A stretch of 64,000 nt of DNA from Azolla caroliniana. Lineage: Eukaryota > Plantae > Polypodiophyta. Shown one piece after another: positions 58,193 through 64,000 of the stretch. Position 1 is the stretch's first letter, and each line of letters opens with the position of its first letter. A program made the translations under genes and the position numbers. The DNA is taken from contig JBHGNT010000002.1 of NCBI GenBank assembly GCA_043228905.1, positions 17,794,001-17,858,000 of the forward strand, given 5' to 3'. The notes below the pieces were generated by a model, which saw nothing but the letters and a program-made list of their open reading frames with translations, ran no database searches and was not told where the DNA came from.

Positions 58193-61022
58193 TGTGTACT
58201 ACCGTAAGTAGTGCCTTTACCCAGAAGTCGTCCGATAGTCCGGACTATTGGAGTATGGAAACTATCCTTTCTTGAATTGTCTGATTCATCCGCTCGGAAA
58301 TTCCGTTCTGCTCTAGACTGTGGGGAGTTGTATATTCACATCGTATGTCGCGTTGTTGGCAGAATCTGACGAATTCTTAAGATTTGAACTCTCCTCCATT
58401 ATCAGTCCGAAAGCATTTCAATTTTCGACCAGACTGATTCTCGACCATAGCGAGCCAATCGAAGAAAATCGCGAACGCCCGATCTTTGGTCTTTATCGGG
58501 TACGCCCACACCTTCCGAGTCGAGTCATCAATAAAGTTGACGAAATACAAGGCACTGCCAAGAGACTAATGTGGCATAGGGCCACAAACGTCCGAGTGGA
58601 CCAAATCGAGTGGACTCGATTCTATCAGTGGTGATGTCGGGTGTGAGGTTGTGATTTGTTTGTCGTACTGGCAATGCTCGCAGAATTGATGATCCGCGAA
58701 GGAGAGTTTAGGGATGCATCCGGCTCTAGATAAATGTGTGATGCCGGTCTTGCTGAGGTGTCCGAGTCGTCCATGCCAAAGTGATGACACGGGAATGTCG
58801 ACCAAGAACAAGTCACCCTCTCTGAGTGTGACATATAACGAGTACAACGAGTGTACTCTCAGTCCTCGAGCAAGTGGAAGGTTCCCCTTGTGGAGTGTCC
58901 ACCCTCCTGATGAGAATCTGGCACGGATGCCATCTTCATTCAGTTGTCCGACTAAGATCAAGGGTCATGAGAGCTTAGGTACATGTCAGACATTGTGTAG
59001 TACCAATGTAGAGCCACCCGGAAGGTTGAGCTCTACTGTGCCGATTCCAATAATTGCCCAGTGCTACGAATTTTCAAGTCGAACTGAGTCGGAGTGTCGG
59101 GCTGAGTATTGCCGAAATTGGGATCAATGAGGGGTCACATGAAAGGACGCACCCGAATCCAAGAGCCATGTGCTCGATTCCTTAGTCGTAAGCAAAATTT
59201 CTGATTCGACTGGGTTTTCAATGGATAGAATGTTCAGGTTGTTTGACAATACTTTGGCTGAAGAGTCGACATAGTTGACCTCCTCATGCCGGTCACTCTA
59301 CTGATCCACTTGCTAAGCCTTATCGTTTCTGGCCTTGAGTGCACGACAATCGGCTTTGATGTGTCTGGGTTTCTTGCAATAGTTGCAAACTCGATTATCG
59401 CGGGACTTGTTCCGACTTCGCTGGTTGTTCGGTTGTCGTGAAGGTCTTCCTCGGTTGTTCGATCGGTCGGTCAAACCTTGTACTACATACACGTTATTGG
59501 CTGAACCATTTGCAAACGATTTCCTCTGAGTTTCTTCAGTCAGAATTGTGCTCGTAATTGAGGAGTATTTAACGGTCGTAGTTGATGCGTCGTACACGGT
59601 TGTGACGAAAGTTTCCCACGAAGGGGGGAGACTACTCATAAGCAACATTGCTCTTAGTTCGTCCTCGATAGTCGTCCCCTGAGACGAAATTTGGGAGCTC
59701 AGACTTTCGTACTCGTTGAGGTGTGCTTGGACCAAATCGGATTCTTTCATCCGAAGGTTATAGAGGCATCATATCAAATATATCTTCGTGGCGGCAACCT
59801 TCTTTTCGTAAGTGTCTGAAAGTGTCTTCCATAGCTGGAAGGCAGTCGGACACAATTGCACCGTAAAGTACACGGACTCTGATAGGTGCATCCGAATGGT
59901 GGCTCGGACAATTCTGTCAAGCTTCTCCCATTCAAGGGGCTTGTATCCTTCTAGAGCATTTTAGTTTTCGATGGGGTCAATTTGCCCCTTGACTATTAAA
60001 TAGTCTTGCATTTGCTCCTTCCAGAAGTTGAAGTTCGATTCGTCGAACTTCCTTAGACTCATCTCTGACGAGCCGGATATTGATGCCATCTGTGTTGAAT
60101 TGGGAAGGCTTTGTTCAAGGTTGGCTATGAACAGTGGTTGGGTGCAATAGACTGGCTCACCCAAATTCTTTCTAGCCGAGTTTGAACACACGCCGAATCT
60201 GATTCGAAACTCAGAAGACTCGATCCAAAGTGACTATGACTAACTAGCCGATTCAATTTCAAATGTCAATTTTCGAGATTTTTGAGCACTGAGTATGTGC
60301 TGATTATCCAAGCCAATCCTGCTTCATGTGACTACAACAATGAGAAGAATAGATTCAGCTAATCTTTCCGAATGTTGTCTAGCTGAATGAAGCACGGAAG
60401 GGGGTTATTCTTGGAGCCTAGACTACTACGAGTGATTACGATGAGCGATTGACTAGCGTCAGGTGACCTACTTGATTGTTTTCTTATCCAATGTAGTACG
60501 ACTAAGGCAGAGCTTGTGAAGCAAAATCTCACTCCGAGTGGCTACAATCACAAGAGTGAAGTGCAACTTATTGGCTCACTTCAATGGTGATTTAGAATAG
60601 TGCAGTGCAGATTTTGTCGATGTTTCTCTTCGCGGAAAACGATCTTGTAGAGGGTTGCCAAGCGAGATCTTCACGATGTACAGAAGAAGAGTTGTTGACA
60701 GAGGTAAAGTAGATGACGATGGCCGTATAAGTGCGGAACAAACTCAACACTCTTCCGTAAGGAGATCGTTAACAAATGCAATGAAGAATATTGATGGCAA
60801 CTAGAGATAGAATCAAGCACTAAGATCAATCAATAACGCAAGAGAGAGAGACGATTTGGCACAAGGTAAATTATATTTCAACCACTTTCAAACCCCCCAA
60901 TTACTGAAACTAGGTTACAAGGTCAGTTATATACTGACTAACTTAGGGCAACTACCCTTCTCACTATTTACATAAATAGCCTAAACCTAGTGTGTACAAA
61001 GGGAGACAATGTGAATACGTCC
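58193..61022 (-). mobile_element. Degenerate Ty1/Copia 5' half (probable LTR ~60800-61022, gag, PR, IN)
   Basis: SLRKFDESNFNFWKEQM, CNYCKKPRHIKADC, WLLDSGASFH, LWHGRLGH, LVHSDVCGPM. Confidence 0.85.
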
Positions 61023-64000
61023 ATTAGAGATCCGCATTCAACACGGGGACCCTATCTACCTTGATGAAGACCTCACCAAGATGCAACTTGAGCATCGTAA
61101 AACTTGTATGCCATGAGTCATACAAGCTCGTAAAGAAGGGCATCGTGCTTTTTACCGAGACGGACGAGTGATAATAAATGATTGAGCTGCCAATTGACGG
61201 TGTGTGGACCATGTAACAGACAATAAAATTAGGATAACTTTATGGAACTATAATGGTGCACTTTGGACACACCCTAGCCGTCTAGAGCAGATTTTGAAGG
61301 TATTTGATATACTTTTCTTAGTAGAAACACATCAAAGTCCAAATCGAGGACTGCCACGAGTTGACGGTTTTCGTTGGAAATCTATCTTTAGACAAACCTC
61401 ACATCGACACACTACTAGAGGGTCTGGAGGGGTTGCAATACTATTTCGGAGAGAGATACATAATAGGATAGAAATACTAAGGACAGACCCAGAAGCCCAT
61501 TTTATGTGGGTGAAAGTTCTCACTAGCAAGGATCGGGCAATATTTATCGCCATTTGTTACTTCCCCCAGAAAGGATCCCGGTATAATATGGCTGGAGAGG
61601 CGAGTATAGTTGATGATAGAGCGCCACATGGCCTTCTCCATACGAACCTTTATCGGATGACATAATCCAATTTTCTTCTCAAGGGGAAGTCTTCCTCGTA
61701 GGGGATTTCAATGCGAGAACCCAATCCCGACAATGCACAATATTTTAGATGGATAAAAACCTAGAAATGGTGAATGTCGACCCTTTAGCCATAGGCATAA
61801 CACGTACATCAAAAGATCAAGGTGCAGACGCCACAAGCTTTGGACATCATTTGCTTGGTGTGGAAGTCGACACCAGATGATCATATATAATGGTTTAGTC
61901 GAGTGGCCGAGCTCAGAAGAGCTCACATGTTTCCCACATGGAGAAGGGGAAAGCATAGTTGATTACCTAATAGGACGCCCTGAAGCTACCCACATGGTTA
62001 ACTCCTTCTGGGTGGCCCCATGCCCTATTGGTGCAGACCATAGCTTGGACTATACTTTGAGCTAAAATGCGACACCTCCAACGCCACCAACTCTAGTCAA
62101 CCAAACCATCACACTATAATACATTTCACGCATGAGCTCTCTGACATCTACCCCTGACATGTTCAAGCCCATCTCTCCTCTTTTGATTCTTCCCTGCCTT
62201 TAGAGAACCTCACTACAGAACTCACACACATCCTTGAACACTCAGCAGCAATTAGTAGCTTCCCATACACGAAACACTCCAATCACAGTAGAATAGGGTC
62301 TATGCCACAGAACAAGTGGTATGATGAGGATTGTAGAGATTTGTATAGACAGCTTAAAGTGTCGCAACTTAGTGGTATTATTTCCTCAGTACAAGCTCGC
62401 AAAGAGATGTGCAAGATGACACGTCGTAAAAGACGAGCTGGGGAAGCATCTCAATATTGGGAACTCTACCACATGCTCATGAGTAGGGATTGCGCTCTTG
62501 CATGGAAGAGGCTATGGGAACCGAGGCCACAAACACCCATCGAGGATCCCAATATTTGGCACACATATACAGAGAGACTCTACCATGTCCTGAACCTACC
62601 ACCCATTCCAATGCCTTCCACACCTCGACCTACCATAGGGACACTTTTCACGACCTCTAGGGTCACGAACGCCATAAAAAAATTACAACATAGGAAATCC
62701 ATGGACCACACAGGATTGCGAGCCGAGCATATCATATATTTTCGAGAGTGCCTAGCCCCCTTTCTCACTCTAATTGTCAACCGCGCCCTCGCCGAGGGTT
62801 TTCCATCACAATGGACCATGAACATAGTGGCCCCTATACATAAAGGAGGGGATCCAATGGACCCAAATACATATAGGACCCTTATGATAGGTCATACGCT
62901 CGCTAAACTATATGGTGCAGTAATGGAAGCAGAGCTCAGTGATTATATGGAAACATTAAGTCTTCGAGCACCTAAGCAAGCTGGCTTTAGACGAGCCTTC
63001 TCCACTATTGACCATATTTTCACACTTATGTGCTTAATTGACCAGACGAAGGCTCATAAGAAGAAACTATATTGTTGCTTTGTGAACTTCTGCAAAGCCT
63101 TTGACACAGTTCCTAGGGAGAGGTTGTTTGATAGACTTAAAAGCTTGGAGATACCAAATGACATGATCTGGGCCATTTATGCTCTATATGAGCAAGGCTA
63201 TGAGTGCCTATCTGATTGCTTCACCAACATCATTGGTGTAAAACAGGGTTGCCCCCTATCACCGACTCTCTTTGGGATCTACATTGATGAGATCACTGAT
63301 TTTATTGCTCATAAGGGAGGCAATGGAGTAGCTATTGGGGGTACACAAGTTAGTATCTTACTCTACGTAGACGACATCGTCTTGCTCTCGGAGTCTGAAC
63401 ATGACCTAGAAAAGCATCTTAATGCCCTCGATGACTTTTGCACACAACGAGGACTGGTAGTGAATCTATCAAAAACTAAAGTCCTTATTTTTCATACATC
63501 GTCCTGGGTTAGGAGTAAATGTCACTTAATCCTCTCTCATAAACCAGTTGGGGTAGTTGGATCATATGTATAATTGGGAGTCACTTTTAGTGCTCATTCA
63601 GGTAAATTCTTGATGACCCATGCAGCCAAAGATAGGTTAACGAGAGGGTATGCATCCCTCTCACTCTTAGAGAGACAATGCCACCAGGCATACTTTCAAG
63701 AGCCATGGACTAAGGGATGGCTCTTCGACTCATTAGTGACCCCTTCCCTCATGTATGCATCAATAGTATGGGTTCCAGGTCTACCATCTTTCATGTGGAC
63801 GCAATTAGAGAGACCTTTGGTGATGATGTTATCACGCCAACTCCGAAGCAAATCGACAATACCACATGACATTATTAGAGCAGAGTTTAGTTTGCCCTGG
63901 ATGTCAGTAGAAGCACTTTTCCAAGTGGTAGTTTTTATTCATCAGATACATAACTAACCACAAGATAGGATCTCTCGTCGAGCCTTTGAGGCATCCCGAT
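61023..64000 (+). mobile_element. Degenerate LINE: ORF1 C-terminus plus ORF2 (APE endonuclease and RT), running off the window
   Basis: IYLDEDLT (ORF1); LWNYNG, FLVETH, GGVAIL, LVGDFNART (APE); QAGFR..STIDHIFTL, GVKQGCPLSPTLF, LLYVDDIVL (RT); stops and frameshifts. Confidence 0.9.

Overview
Eukaryotic (land-plant-like, probably non-seed plant) genomic DNA. Bases 760-10521 hold the last four coding exons of one host gene, a histidine-phosphatase/phosphoglycerate-mutase family protein (At3g52155/SixA-like). Its last intron is 8.6 kb and is filled with nested Ty1/Copia elements and MITEs. The remaining ~53 kb is a deeply nested transposon cluster: Copia, chromovirus-type Ty3/Gypsy, hAT-like and other TIR non-autonomous elements, and a LINE. 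The most notable content is six related non-chromovirus Ty3/Gypsy elements, labelled A-F. They share a tRNA-Trp PBS, 4-bp target sites almost always centred on CG, and a covarying hairpin before the PPT. They span a series from one intact, very young autonomous copy (F, 44269-51318), through one decayed autonomous copy (C) and three Gag-only derivatives (B, D, E), to one TRIM-like minimal element (A). F has a G_GAU_UUU -1 frameshift site and a predicted pseudoknot located after the protease. Three of the six LTR types carry tRNA-like Pol III A/B boxes. All calls come from manual reading; no searches or alignments were run.
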